Below, piece after piece: positions 50,179-63,059 of a DNA stretch of 64,000 bases. The first letter of the stretch is position 1, and every line of letters begins with the position of its first letter. The translations under genes were made by a program, and so were the position numbers. The stretch spans positions 10,914,001 through 10,978,000 of the forward strand of contig NC_086109.1 in assembly GCF_963921235.1 (NCBI RefSeq), given 5' to 3'. The notes beneath the pieces were generated by a model. It ran no database searches. It was not told the DNA's origin and worked only from the letters and a program-made list of their open reading frames with translations. This stretch comes from Mobula hypostoma (Eukaryota).

Positions 50179-50600
50179 CCTAAGGGACTAATAAACCTAA
50201 ACTTAATCATTATCATTATCTTTGTGCGTCAGACCTTTAAGGTACATTGCAGTCCTTTTCTTTCTATATTTTTCCTAATTGTATGAGGGGAGGGGAACAT
50301 CGACTCAGACCATGAGAGGCCTGCGTCGGGCATTTTCATGCCTTACAGGGCGCAGATTGGAAGCCTTTGAGGGGCACCACTCCTCGCACAGACACTTTAT
50401 AATTGTATAAACGTGAGCTAACAGAATCAAAATCAGAATTAGATTTATTATCAGTGACGTATGTCGTGACATTTGTTGTTTTATGGCGGCAGTACAGTGC
50501 AATGCAAATAAAAATGCTAAGTTACAATAAGAAATATATTTTAAAAAAAGTAAGTAGTGCAAAGGGAGAGCAAAAAGTGAAGTAGTGTTCATGGGCTGAT

Positions 50601-50920
50601 AGTAAAGTAAAGGCATCCGTTAGTCTTGCGAGACCATGGATCTGCGCCTGGAAAGTCTTCACTCTCCAGGGCGCAGGCCTGGGAAAGGTTGTATGGAAGA
50701 CCGGCAGTTGCCCATGCTGCAAGTCTCCCCTCTCCACGACACCAATGTTGTCCAAGGGAAGGGCATTAGGACCCATACAGCTTGGCACCAGTGTCGTCGC
50801 AGAGCAATGTGTGGTTAAGTGCCTTGCTCAAGGACACAACACGTTCCCTCAGCTGGGGCTCGGACTCACGATCTTCAGGTAGCTAGTCCAATGTTTGGCC
50901 ACGTGCCACGTGCCCGCACA
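50601..50920 (-). mobile_element. tRNA-head CORE-like SINE with an RTE-like tail and a 10-bp TSD
   Basis: ATGGGCTGAT at 50591-50600 and 50921-50930. Head and core match 24029-24145. (TTTAC)n tail. Confidence 0.8.
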
Positions 50921-52095
50921 ATGGGCTGATGGACCATTCAGAAATCTGATGGTGGTGGGGAAAAAGCTGTTCATGTTCTTCAGGCTCCTGTACCTCCTCC
51001 CTGATGATCATAAAGAGAAGAGGGTAAGTCCTCAATGATGGATGTGACCCTTTTGAAGCATCAGCCTTTGAAGATATCCTTGATGCTGGAGAGGCTAGTG
51101 CCCACAATGGGGCCGGCTGAGTTTACGGCCCTCTGCTGTTTCTCCCAATCCTGTGGAGTACCAGATGGAGATGCAACCAGTTAGAATGCTCTTCGTGGTA
51201 CAACTGTAGAAAATTTGTTAGAAAATTTGGTGACACACCAAAGTTTCTAATGAAATATTGTATAGTCACCGACAAAGTATGACAGCAGCAGTATAACAAT
51301 CCTCCAGTATTACACCAAAATGTCACACTGGTTTGACATTATGAGTGAGTCTGATAGCTGGATGCGTGTCAGAACTTTCCTTTGCATGACACTCCTTTTC
51401 TTTCCGAATTTTTGATAATTCTTCAAAAGGGTGGCATTCGTCATGAAGGACATACCCTCTCTCATCGCTACCATCAGGGAGAAGGTACAGCAGCCTGAAG
51501 CCACACACTCACTGTTTTAGGGACAGCTTCTCCCCTCCGCTATCAGATTTCTGAATGGACAATGAACCCACGAACACTGCCTTGCTATCTTTGTTTGACT
51601 CTTTTTCTGTGCTTCTTATTTAATTAAAAATTCAAAGTGTTGTTCAATATCTGCAGGCTGTCCTGAAGAAAATTCCACAAAATAGCAATAAAAAAGGTGT
51701 GACCAAAAACCAGAAACACATCATAATATATCATTTTATATATATACACACATATATATTTCTTATTGTAATTCATAGTCTTTTTAATGTCTTGCACTGT
51801 TTTACTGCCACAAAAATGGCAAATTTCACATTTCACTGATTTTAACTGATATTAAACCTGATTTTCATTCTGATTCTCTATATTCTCCATAGAAATGGGA
51901 GCTAACTGTCACAGTGAGTGATACAATACAGTTAGTGGAGGGGAGCTTTGTTCAGTGGCTTGGTGTTCTAAGCTTGTATACAATTGCTACTACATCGCTA
52001 AAAATGGTTTTGTAATGAGGAACTGAAGCCTGTGCTGTAATTATACGAGCACTCTCTATGAACAGGCATCAACTGACAAGTAACTTCTCTTTCAG

Positions 52096-52272
52096 ACGGA
52101 CTTCAATAACGAGTGCGAGTTCAAAGAAAGGCTCTTGCCCAATCGCTACAACGTGTATGAATCAAAGGCCTACCCAGGGATGTACATAGCACTGAGTAAG
52201 CACGGAAGAGCAAAAAGAGGAAGCAAAGTTTCACCCACCTTGAGAGTTACGCATTTTTTGCCGAGGCTGTAA
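52096..52272 (+). CDS. fgf6: FGF6-like coding exon 3 (to stop)
   Basis: Branch-like CTGAC near 52073 and TTCTCTTTCAG acceptor ending at 52095. Phase 0, reads [58 protein letters not shown] then TAA. Absent from the ORF track. Spliced CDS is 585 nt = 194 aa plus stop. Confidence 0.95.
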   Translation, partial: TDFNNECEFKERLLPNRYNVYESKAYPGMYIALSKHGRAKRGSKVSPTLRVTHFLPRL

Positions 52273-52683
52273 AGAAACAAATACTTGAAATTTCACAAGT
52301 CCTAAACTTCATGGAAATAGCATTGCAGAAGAGTATATATGTACAGGACATTTCTAGTTTAACATTAACTTATTAACTTATGTGGAAACGGCATTACGTG
52401 TAAATATGTTTTACTTTTTATAGTTATTTTGACATTAATGCTGCTTTAAAAAGAAAGTATGACCACGGGCAAGCGTAAAGGTCACTTACCATAAAGGTCA
52501 GATTGTGCTCACAGCCTGAGGTTTTACACCCTTATATAAAAGAGGAGTCATCAGTTACTATGTTAGCCTCATCAGACAGTTTCTTGCATTACAATGAGTT
52601 ATGTAAGGAATTCATTGGTGGTGCGTTGGAGAGGTGATTATTGCTGAACACCAAAGTGATACGTGACTTGGAACCAAGTCAGC

Positions 52684-52693
52684 AATAAATAAA
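52684..52693 (+). terminator. Candidate polyadenylation signal(s) of the FGF gene
   Basis: Overlapping AATAAATAAA about 410 nt after the stop, in non-repetitive AT-rich sequence. Further AATAAA motifs occur downstream (about 55374 and 55580), so the site actually used is uncertain. Confidence 0.4.
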
Positions 52694-54029
52694 ATGGGTA
52701 GATTCTAACAGGAATGCCATTGTGGGTGTGTTGAATCCTTCCCCCTTGGGCGCGTTCTTGTTTATGACTCCCGACGTCACATGGAACTGATAAAAAAAAA
52801 TGGGTCAGTCTAATTTGTTTCTTAGGAATATTGTGAAAAAAACCATTTAGACAGGTACATGGACAGGAAAGGTTTAGAAGGGAAAAGGGTCAAATGCAGG
52901 CAAACGTGACCAGCTTGAGTAGCTTTCTAGTTTGGCATGAATGAGTTGGTTTGAAGAGGCTGTACCTCTGCTGTATAACTCTGTCACTCCATGAAACAAT
53001 GCACCCCTCACTATCCCTGGAATCCCTGGAAACGTGCGATAAATAACAAAGTAAGCAGTTTTGTTCTGATGGTCTTAGTAGCTGGCGGGCCACCAGTGAT
53101 CATGAGTGAGGCAGGAATGTGAGGTCCTGCTTCAGCATACCAGAAGTAGCCTGGTAGAACCAGACACCAGTGAAGTAAACACAGCCCGAGGAGGTAAAAA
53201 AGAGAGCAGCAACACACACAGTGGGTAAGAAACAGATGGTTTCCATATTGATGTTGGCTTTTTCCAGGCACATGCACAAACTGTCCTTGATGGTAAGTGG
53301 GCTTGTAGATTACTGATACCTTTAGTGGAGATTTAGGACATGGTTGCCCTTGCGATACTTCGTGTCCAAACAATGAACTGCTGCTACTGGTTATATAACA
53401 GATTTCCTCCAATGCCAGTCAAACGCCAGCCCTGTTCTGAACAGCAGGAGGTGTTTGTGAATTATGGACCTTCTCATCGTCTTTCTCCTTTCACTTTACA
53501 GTTAGTCTCTCAGAGCAGACAGGTCTAAGAACATTCAAAGACGGAAAGGGGAAATTATACTGAAGGCAACGCACACAAAATGCTGGAGGAACATAGCAGG
53601 TTAGGCAGCATCTATGCAAATGAATAAACAGTCAATGTTTCAGGCCGAGATCTTCTTTAGGTCTCATTAGGGTCTCTTGGCCCAAAATATCATTTGTTTA
53701 TTCATTTCCATGGAAGCAGCCTGACCTGCTGAGTTCCTCCAGCATTTAGTGCAGGTTGCTTTAGATTTCAGCATCTGCAGAATCTCTTGTGTTTAAAATA
53801 TATTGAATGATTAGAACAGGAGATGGTTATAAGACATTCTTGTGTTTTAGTAATTCATTTTCAAGGTTTAATAAAGTTAAATATTGAATAATTTTTATAC
53901 GATTATGCACATATATAAATATTGACTTTGATGTGATAGTGCTGATTGGACAGCTCCAGTGCTGGTTTACTGGGATTGGCTGCCTTGAATTGAAACCAGT
54001 AAACTGATATAAATATGTAAAAGGTATCA

Positions 54030-54531
54030 GCATCTTAAGTAGACAACTGTGCCTGCAATAGGGTGGATTATGGAAGGGAGGTCTTGCACCCTGAGTAAAC
54101 AATCGTGCCTACAATAGAGTGTGCTATAGAGGGAGGTCTTGCATCCTAAGTAGACATTCAAACCTGCAATAGGGTGGACTATGGAGGGGAAGCCTTGCAT
54201 CCAAAATAGACAACTGTGCCTGCAATAGGGTGGACTATGGAGGAGAGATCTTGCGCCCTGAGGAGACAATCGGGCCTGCAGTAGTGTGGATTATGGAAGG
54301 GAGGTCTTGCATCCTGAATAGAGAACTGTGCCTGCAAAAGGGCGGATTATTGAGAGGAGGTCTTAGATCCTAAGTAGGCAATTGTGCCAACAATTGGGTG
54401 AATTATAGAGGGGAGGTCTTGAATCCTAAGTAGACAATCGTGCTTGCAATTGGGTGGATTATGGAAGGGAAGTCTTACATCTAAATAGACAACTGTGCCT
54501 ACAATAGGGTGGATTATCAAGGAGAGGTCTT
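54030..54531. repeat. Minisatellite, 9 units of ~56 bp
   Basis: Unit approximately GCATCCTAAGTAGACAACTGTGCCTGCAATAGGGTGGATTATGGAAGGGAGGTCTT, starting at 54030, 54086, 54141, 54197, 54253, 54309, 54365, 54421 and 54477. Confidence 0.92.
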
Positions 54532-55764
54532 TAAAGGTTTATCTGCAAATAGATACACGATTTTAGCATTAAGATATTGTGGGGCATTGAACCAATTGAT
54601 TATAAACACACCAAATGTGTTTGTATTTGCTTTTGGTGAGTAGTTTAAGGAGGCATTTTCATCTGAGGGTTATTGTGATCTAAAAAGGCAGTGGAAACAG
54701 ATTCCATAAAAACTTCTGGTAATATATTGGATATGTGCTTGAAAATGGGGTATTTCCAAGGCAGTGGAGAAATAACAAAGTGATTTTGCAAATTAGAAGA
54801 CTCTCCAAAAGAGTGGGAATAGGTCAAATTCCTCAGCAAAACACAAAACGCTGGAGGAACTCAGCAGGTCAGGCAGCATCTATTAGAGGAATGTTTCAGG
54901 CCAAGACCCTTCACCCTAAGGAACTTCCTGATGAAGGGTCTAGGCCTGAAACATTGCCTGTTTATTCCCCTCCAAAGATGCTGCCTGACCTGCAGAGTTC
55001 CTCCAGCATTTTGTGTGTGTTGCTCTGGATTTCCAGCATCTGCAGAATCTCTTGTGTTTAGGTCAAATGCCTCCTTCTGAGTGACTTTAATATTTGTTCT
55101 GTTGTTTCTGTTGAGATCGTACACAGTGATATAAAAGAATACATGAATAACATTACTCTTCATAGTGGGCAAATAGCTTTCCTAATAAAACATATCTGCT
55201 GCAACTTCTTAAAGCAATTTAAAAGCCTTAACCATGCTTTAGCAATGGACCTCTGGAAATGTTCCTTAACTAGTAACTAATTATAACATAAATGTTTGAG
55301 AATATGCTTAGATCATTGTTGTATCATGGTGTTTGAAAATGAACCACTATTCAGCGGTTCAAATTTTATTCCAAATAAAACCGAACTGTTAACGGACTAT
55401 TGGAATGCTTGAATCCTGCAATTATACCATAAATCTGCTGGCTGAATTTTGATAGGAAAAAGACTGGAGCAATCTGTCATGCCTTAAAAAAAATGCCAGA
55501 CCTGTAACTTAGCATCCCTGCAGCATATTTCTGTGTAAATTTGATATCACGTTGTTTTGAGAGTCGCTGTGCGTAAGTTAATAAATAAGGGTTGATATTT
55601 ATCAGTATGGTATTACTATGTATTACTTAAATACTAATCTTGTTTGGACATCATATAATAATTATTCCTTTCATTTTGGGATTTAATGCAGTTTTGCCAA
55701 CAAAAATATACTGAACAAAACTCATACAAAATTTACTGCTTTGAAATTCAAACATTTCAACATA

Positions 55765-56199
55765 CACTCAGTGGCCACTTTATTAGGTACAGGCGTGGAA
55801 CCTGGTGTGGTCTTCTGCTGCTGTAGTCCATCCAGTTCAAGGTTCAAAGTTCTCCTCTGACTTGTATCATGAACAAGGCGTTAAGGCCCAGAGAACTGCC
55901 ACTCACTGGATTTTTTTTTTGTTTTTGCACCATTCTCTGTAAACTCTAGAGTCTGTTGTGTGTGAAAATCACAGGAGGTCGGCAGTTTCTGAGATACCCA
56001 AACCACCCTGTCTGGCACGGTCAAAGTCACTTAGATCATGTTTCTTCCCCATTCTGGTGTCTGGTCTGAACTACAACTGAACCTCTTGACCATGCCTGCA
56101 TGCTTTTATGCACTGAGTTGCGGCCACACAATTGGCTGATTAGATATTTGTATTAAGCAGCAGGTGTATAGATGTACCTAATAAAATGGCCACTGAGAG
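55765..56199 (-). mobile_element. Internally deleted Tc1/mariner element
   Basis: TA|CACTCAGTGGCCACTTTATTAGGTAC ... GTACCTAATAAAATGGCCACTGAG. Minus strand reads MGKKHDLSDFDR. Confidence 0.82.
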
Positions 56200-57674
56200 T
56201 TTGTAACCTATGTACTGTATTCAATATCTATTGCTTGTAAATGTATATCCCTTTGAAATGGTGCTTTTAAGTGTAACTCTTTTAAACCTTTCATATGTCT
56301 CTGCAGCTTTTACAGCTACCCTTGGAATTTAATGCTGGTGCTAGATTTAATAATTTGTGGAGGTTGTCGAGAAAAAAGGGTTTGTGGGCAACAGCAATGT
56401 TCCACATTTCTGGAGTTAAAGGTTTTCATTTTTCATGTACAGTGATCCAACACAATCCAGTATTACAGAGAATGGTTGTCACTGGGAATGAGTCCAAGGC
56501 AGCAAATTGCTGGGATTAATCTCTGGAATCTCAATGTTCCCTGAGATTCCAAGTAAACATGTTCAGAAGAGTTTACTATCAATGGACAATCCTTTCAATT
56601 AGATGACTGCCATGTTCATTCCAACTCAGTTATTACTATGTTATTGTTTTATACCGTTTACTTGATAAAGCACTTTTGTTCATTTTGTGTGGACTGTGGT
56701 TAAACTGTTGATGGTTATCGGAACAGACACTCTCTCTGAGAAATAGCAATTACTTGAAATATTTGGATTTATTTTGTGCCTTTTCACGTCCTACTCCCTC
56801 AAGTGTTTTATTACAGATAAGTATCTCTGGACTTAAAGATATATAGGGTGTTTCCTATAGTGGGGGAGTCTAGGACCAGAGGGCACAGCCTCAGATACAA
56901 GGAGGTCCATTTCGAATGGAGATGAGGAGGAATTTCTTTAGCCAAAGTAACGTGAATCTGTGGAACTCATTGTCACAGATGACTGTGGAGGCCACGTCTC
57001 TGGGTATATTTAAAGTGGAAGTTGGTAGACGCTTGATTAGACAGGGTGTCAAAAGTTATGGGGGAAAGGTAGAAAAATGGAATTGAGAGGGATAATAACT
57101 CAGGCATGATTCAAAGACCCAAATGACCCAATTCTACTCCTCTGTCTTCTGGAGAGCAGAAATTCTGCACCAGTACCATCAGCCTTCAGAAATACATGGT
57201 TGAAGGAACAAATATTAGCTAAGATAACTAGAGACTTTCCCCTTTTCTCATGGTAGCACCAAGGAGCTTTACAGTTCAGGTGGAATTTCAGTTTAACATG
57301 CTTTCTGGAAGATGGTGAAGGCTGAAAATGCTGTAGTTGGACACAGTATATGAAGGCTCACGCTGGTGGTGATAACCCATGGTGTCATGGCCAAATACAA
57401 CCTGCAAAGGTTACAATTTCAGGTGAATGATTGACTTATAAATGAACTGATCTTTTTCGATGTGTGATTGATTTGTCCAGGACTTTGTACCTTGTAGCTA
57501 AAGAATAATATTAGCTGTGTTTAATAGCCTGTTTGATAGATTTTGAGTTTCTTTGTATTGTAGAAAAGTGATCCATTTTAAATTGGAAACATAACACCAT
57601 TTCTTCATTGCCACTGGATCAAAGTCCCTTGTCCCAGACTGTGGAAGAACTAATATTATATATAGTAGTGGTAA

Positions 57675-58060
57675 TGGATTCACTCGAGTTGAGGATGATG
57701 ATCCCCTAAGGGGTTGTCTATTTGTGGATGGATGTAGAGGTCAATCTGGGATCCACATGTTTTGATGCAGTGTGGTAGGAGTAAGTGGTGTCTGTGTAAA
57801 GATTGGGTCCTTTGATTGTTCAGTCTCTCCTTACACAGCTGCCACTTGTTCTCTTTGTCAGAGTGGAGGTTGCTGTCATGTAGCACAGCTTCCTGCTGAG
57901 CAGATTTCCTGCACGTTATCTATTGAGTGTGACGTCTTCCCAGTTTTTAGATGTAATATTGAATTTCGTGAGGCAGATTTTGATGTTATCCTTGAAGTGC
58001 TTGCAATATCCACTGTCAAGAGTAAAGCTCATCACTGTCATCGCAAGCAGACGGGCGGAT
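57675..58060 (-). mobile_element. RTE-clade LINE 3' fragment
   Basis: KHFKDNIKICLTKFNITSKNWEDVTLNR resembles the RTE ORF C-terminus; short 3' UTR. Confidence 0.55.
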
Positions 58061-58179
58061 TTGCCGAAGTTATACTCCCTTGCAAATGAAAAGAAAAAGT
58101 CACAGTTAACTTCAGCAATGGATTTATCCTTAAGAGCTCTGTAAAATGGATGCCAAATCATTTGCAGATTGAGTCTGTG

Positions 58180-58840
58180 ATGAGGGAAGGCAAATGTGAT
58201 GTTAGCATTCATTTCAAGAGGTCTAGAATATAAAAGCAAGGACATAATATTGAGACTTTATAAAACACTGGTGAAGCCTCACTTGGAGTATTGTGAGCAA
58301 TTTCGGGCCCCTTATCTTAGAAAGGATGTGCTGACATTGGAGAGGGTTCAAAGGAAGTTCACGAAAATGATTCCAGGATTGAATGGCTTGTCATGTGAAG
58401 AGCGTTGGATGGCTCTGGGCCTGGATTCACTAGGATTCAGAAGAATGAGGGGTGACCTAATTGAAACGTATCGAATGGGAATAACGTGGATGTGAAGAGG
58501 ATGTTTCCTGTGATGGGAGAGTCTAACACCAGAGGACAGAGCCTCAGAATAGAGGGGCATCCTTTTAGAACAGAGGTGAGGAGGAATTTCTTTAGCCAGA
58601 GAGTGGTGAATCTTTGAAATGAGTTGCCACAGTCAGCTGTGAAGGCCAAGTTTTTATGTATGTTTAATACAGAGGTTGATAGATTCTTGATTGGGCAGGG
58701 CATGAAGGGATACGGGGTTAAGGCAGGAGACTGGCGCTGAGAGGAAAAATGGATCAGCTGTGATGAAATGGTAGAACAGACTCTGGGCCAAATGGCCTAA
58801 TTTTGCTCCTATATCTTAGGATCTTGTGATCTTATGGTCT
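58180..58840 (+). mobile_element. CR1 LINE 3' fragment
   Basis: MLAFISRGLEYKSKDIILRLYKTLVKPHLEYC..LERVQRKFTKMIPG..RGDLIETY. Confidence 0.85.
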
Positions 58841-60404
58841 TATAATGTTAGGTAAAGCAAAACAGAAAGTGGTAGAAAGTGAAGAAGACCAAAGACAAGA
58901 AAGAGGGCAGATGGTATGAAGAATTTGAGTAATGTCAGTGGGTAGGTAGATGAGCAAGAGAGATTATGTAGAAGCAGGATTCCAACAAAAGAATGAGAGT
59001 CATAAACTATGACTTAGTCATTGTAAAGTTATAAAGCAGCAGAATATTTTAATGCAATTTATTTGAGGGCTTTGATTCAATTCTGCATGAACTCCAATAT
59101 TTTGTAGGATGCCATAGTGGTGATTCTGATGTACAAGATTCTGAGGAAGTGTTCTTGTGGAAAATCAGAACAGGTGGTTTGAAAGATGAGTTGTAACGAG
59201 AGGAAATTTGGCTCCCATTGTGACTTGGAAAGAAAGTTGTCGAAGGACAATATGGTCCGGGAGAACTTGTCTGTTGGTGAGATGGTGTCAGCTAAGGCAA
59301 ACAGGGAGTAATGAAGTTGAACTCCATGTCTCTTGCTTAGTCTGAGTAAAGTTAACAAGGTTTTCACCCGCATCCCTGATTGATTGCAGAATTTGTATTT
59401 GTTTATATATCAGACTAAGAATGAGTAACGGTAAAACATAGGTGTTTCATAAAGAAGTGAATGATGTGGAAATAAACCTAACTAAAAAATCAATAGCTCT
59501 TTCTGAGGACAGAGAGGGAAAAAAGTAATGTAGAGGGGAGAAGAACATGAAAGGTGTGATGCTCTCTTAAGGTTGGTTTCATCTACAATGGTGATATATT
59601 TTAGTGTAATGCATATTTCAGATGTTCAGAAGAATAAGTACCAAGCTATTTTATTTTATTTGCAACAGCAGACAGGATAGTCTGCAGGGATGAAGGGAGC
59701 ATCACAATCAGAGAGCTGTTGGAGCAATTTAACTTTAATTTACTTTAATTTTTAATTAACTTTCATTTAATTTGATGATAGGATGAAGTGGCAAGGATAA
59801 ATCAACTACCTCGGTACATTACAAATTGAATCCCTAGTGATTATTCCACTGGAGTGAAAGGGTTGGTAATAGGTTTCTACAGATGCCTTTGTATCTGTAT
59901 GTCAAAGCAAATGGCTCCCATCCCTACACTCCTAGAAAAGAACATGAGTAAACTTTGTATTTATATACAGGGATCTCCCTTTAGAACAGAGATGAGGAGG
60001 AACTTCTTTAGCCAGAGGGAGTTGAATCTGTGGAATTTGTTACCAGATATGGCTGTGGAGGCTAAGTCATTTGGATGTACTTAAAGTGGAGGTTGATAGA
60101 TTCTTGATTAGTAAGGGTATCAAAGGTTACAGGGAGAAGGCAGGAGAATGTTGTTGAGGGGGATAATAAATCAGCCATGATGGAATGGTGGAGCAGACTC
60201 GATGGACTGAATGGCCTAATTCTGCTCTTATGTCTACGGCCTTATGGGAAAATGGCATTTAAAACTGGTGGTATTTCAATCTCCCTAGTGCTGCAGGCAA
60301 CTCCATCCAGAAATTTGTCCAAAAAATGTATGGTTGTGATCAACAAAGGAACACATTTCTTTTAAAGTTGAAATCTACATTGAAGTTGGCATTCATCAAT
60401 CAAA

Positions 60405-61040
60405 GTTTTGGCATATTTTGCCTTCATAAATTACAGGATATGGGATGTTATGTTGAAGTTGTATAAGACATTGGTGAGACCTAATTTGGAGTATTGTGTC
60501 CAGTTCTGGTCACCTACCTACAGGAAAGATATAAATAAGATTGAAAGAGTTCAGAGAAAATTTAGATGGATGTTGCCAGGACTTGAGGGCCTGAGTTATA
60601 GGGAAAGGTTGAATAGAATAGGACTTTATTATAGTTAGGACTTTATTCCCTGGAACATAGGAGAATGAAGGAAGATTTGATAGAGGTGTACAAAATTATG
60701 AGGGCATAGATAGGGTGAATGCAAACAGGCTTTTTCCACTGAGGTTGGGCGAGACTGGAACTAGATGTCATGTGCTAAGGGTGAAAGGTCAAATGTTTAA
60801 GGGGGAACTTCTTCACTCAAAGGGTGGTGAGAGTCTGGAACGAACTGCCAGCAAAAGTGGAAGATGCAGGTTCGATCCCAACATTTAAGAGAAATTTAGA
60901 TAGGGACATGGATGGGAGGAGGTGTGGAGGGCTAAGGTCTGGGTGCAGGTCGATGGGAGTAGGCAGATGAATAGTTTGTCACAGACTAAATGGGTTGAAG
61001 AGTCTGTTTCTGTGCTGTAGTACTCTATGACTATATGATT
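60405..61040 (+). mobile_element. CR1 LINE 3' fragment
   Basis: DVMLKLYKTLVRPNLEYCVQFWSPTYRKDINKIERVQRKF. Tail ctctatgactatatgattct. Confidence 0.85.
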
Positions 61041-62365
61041 CTACACTGGGATCACTTAATTACTCATCTTTGTTATTTTGCTATAATGAAATGCTTCATT
61101 GTAAAGTATCTGTACTGATGAATATCTTATATTATCGTATGCAGTTCAAGTACGATGCAGGCAACTTAGAATGAAGAATTTCATTATTTTGTGTATACCT
61201 CTTTAACGAGAAGAACTCCAAGCTGGCTGAGAAGATATTGCTGCTTCTGTCCCATTTCAGATGTGGGCTAAATTTGCAGATTCCCTTTGGTACGGTGTTA
61301 TAATGCAAGGTACCTCAGCAACTGCATGAAGGACTGTCAAACTGTTCTGTAAATTGTACTTGATGCAACAAACTATGTAGAAACCTCTTTAGACTTTATT
61401 TTCTATTGCACTTTTGTGTATGTGCCATGCACAAGATCATTTAATCCTATATATGAAGTTATTTATTAAAAATATTTTATCAGAAAGTGAAATATGTTTC
61501 TCGCGTCTATTTTACTTAGTTAGCAGTATAGCACAGGGCAGGCACTTCCAGCCCAATGAGCCACGACACCCAGCAATCCCCCGATTTAATTCTAGCCTAA
61601 TCACAGGACCATTTACAATGACCGATTAACCTACCAACCAGTACGTCTTTGGACTGTGGGAGGAAACCAGAGCACACAGAGGAAACCTACGCAGTCCTGG
61701 GGAGAACATACAAACTCTTACAGGCAGCAGTGGAAAATGAACTTTGAACTCTGATGCCCTGAGCTTGAGTAGTGTTGAACTAACAGCTCTGCTACTGCTA
61801 GATACGTGGGTTATGACCAAAGGAAAGATGGCTGGGCTCACTTCACACTTTAGTGCAAGGATATTAATAGGTGCATTAAAAACAAACTTACAGAAATTAG
61901 CAAAAATAGTGAAGAGAAAACTGCCAATATTTATAAAATGCTATCTACCAGTAAACACAATAATAGCTCCATACTATGTTGTTCAGTGTAAACTCCTGGC
62001 AGCCCCAATCTACCTCTTCTATTGACAGCCAAGAACCCCTTTTTATTAGGTACCAGGGCATACCATCTTTAATTACCCACAAAGTTAATTTAAGACTTCA
62101 GATGAATTAGATAATGATGCATCCCACAATGTAGTTACAATCATATTACATATAAATAAAAAGTATCTACCTTAAATACAGTTTACAACAACAGATCACA
62201 TTTACACATCCCCATTGCTGAAGAAATTGGATATTCTGCCATGTACGGCAGGTAAGGCAACCGTAAACCCATCCCGAGTGTTTCGGACACATTATGAGAA
62301 TAAACCGGGGAAGACATTGAGGTGCGTACACTCAGCGTGACGAGCAAAATGACAAGGGTGAGCGA

Positions 62366-63032
62366 GTACAGCAGGCAGTGAAGAAAGCTAATGGCATGCT
62401 GGCCTTCATAACAAGGGGAATTGAGTATCAGAGCAAAGAGGTCCTTCTGCAGCTGTACAGGGTCCTGGTGAGACCACACCTGGAGTACTTTGTGCAGTTT
62501 TGGTCTCCAAATTTGAGGAAGGACATTCTTGCTATTGAGGGAGTGAAGCGTAGGTTCTCAAGGTTAATTCCCGGGATGGCGGGACTGCCATATGTTGAAA
62601 GATTGGAGCGACTGGGCTTGTATACACTGGAATTTAGAAGGCTGAGAGGGGGTCTTATTGAAACATATAAGATTATGAAGAGATTGGACACGCTGCAGGC
62701 AGGAAGCATGTTCCCGCTGATGGGTGAGCCCAGAACCAGAGGCCACAGTTTAAGAATTAGGGTTAGGCCATTTAGAATGGAGTTGAGGAAAAACTTTTTC
62801 ACCCAGAGAGTGGTGGATATATGGAATGCTCTGCCCCAGAAGGCTGTGGAGGCCAAGTCTCTGGATGCTTTCAAAAAAGAGATGGATAGAGTTCTTAAAG
62901 ATAGCGGAATCAAAGGTTATGGGGATAAGGCAGGAACTGGATACTGATTGTGGATGATCAGCCATGATCACAGTGAATGGCGGTGCTGGCTCAAAGGGCT
63001 GAATGGCCTACTCCTGCACCTATTGTCTATTG
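62366..63032 (+). mobile_element. Young 5'-truncated CR1 with an open ORF2 C-terminus (189 aa)
   Basis: Uninterrupted KKANGMLAFITRG..LVRPHLEYFVQFWSP..KGYGDKAGTGY*, then the 3' UTR. Confidence 0.9.
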
Positions 63033-63059
63033 AGGGTGTGTGTGTGTGTGTGTGTGTGT

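Noticed and set aside
54030..54531. Regular repeats resembling a CRISPR array
   Set aside because: Units are contiguous with no unique spacers, there are no cas genes, and the context is vertebrate. It is a minisatellite.
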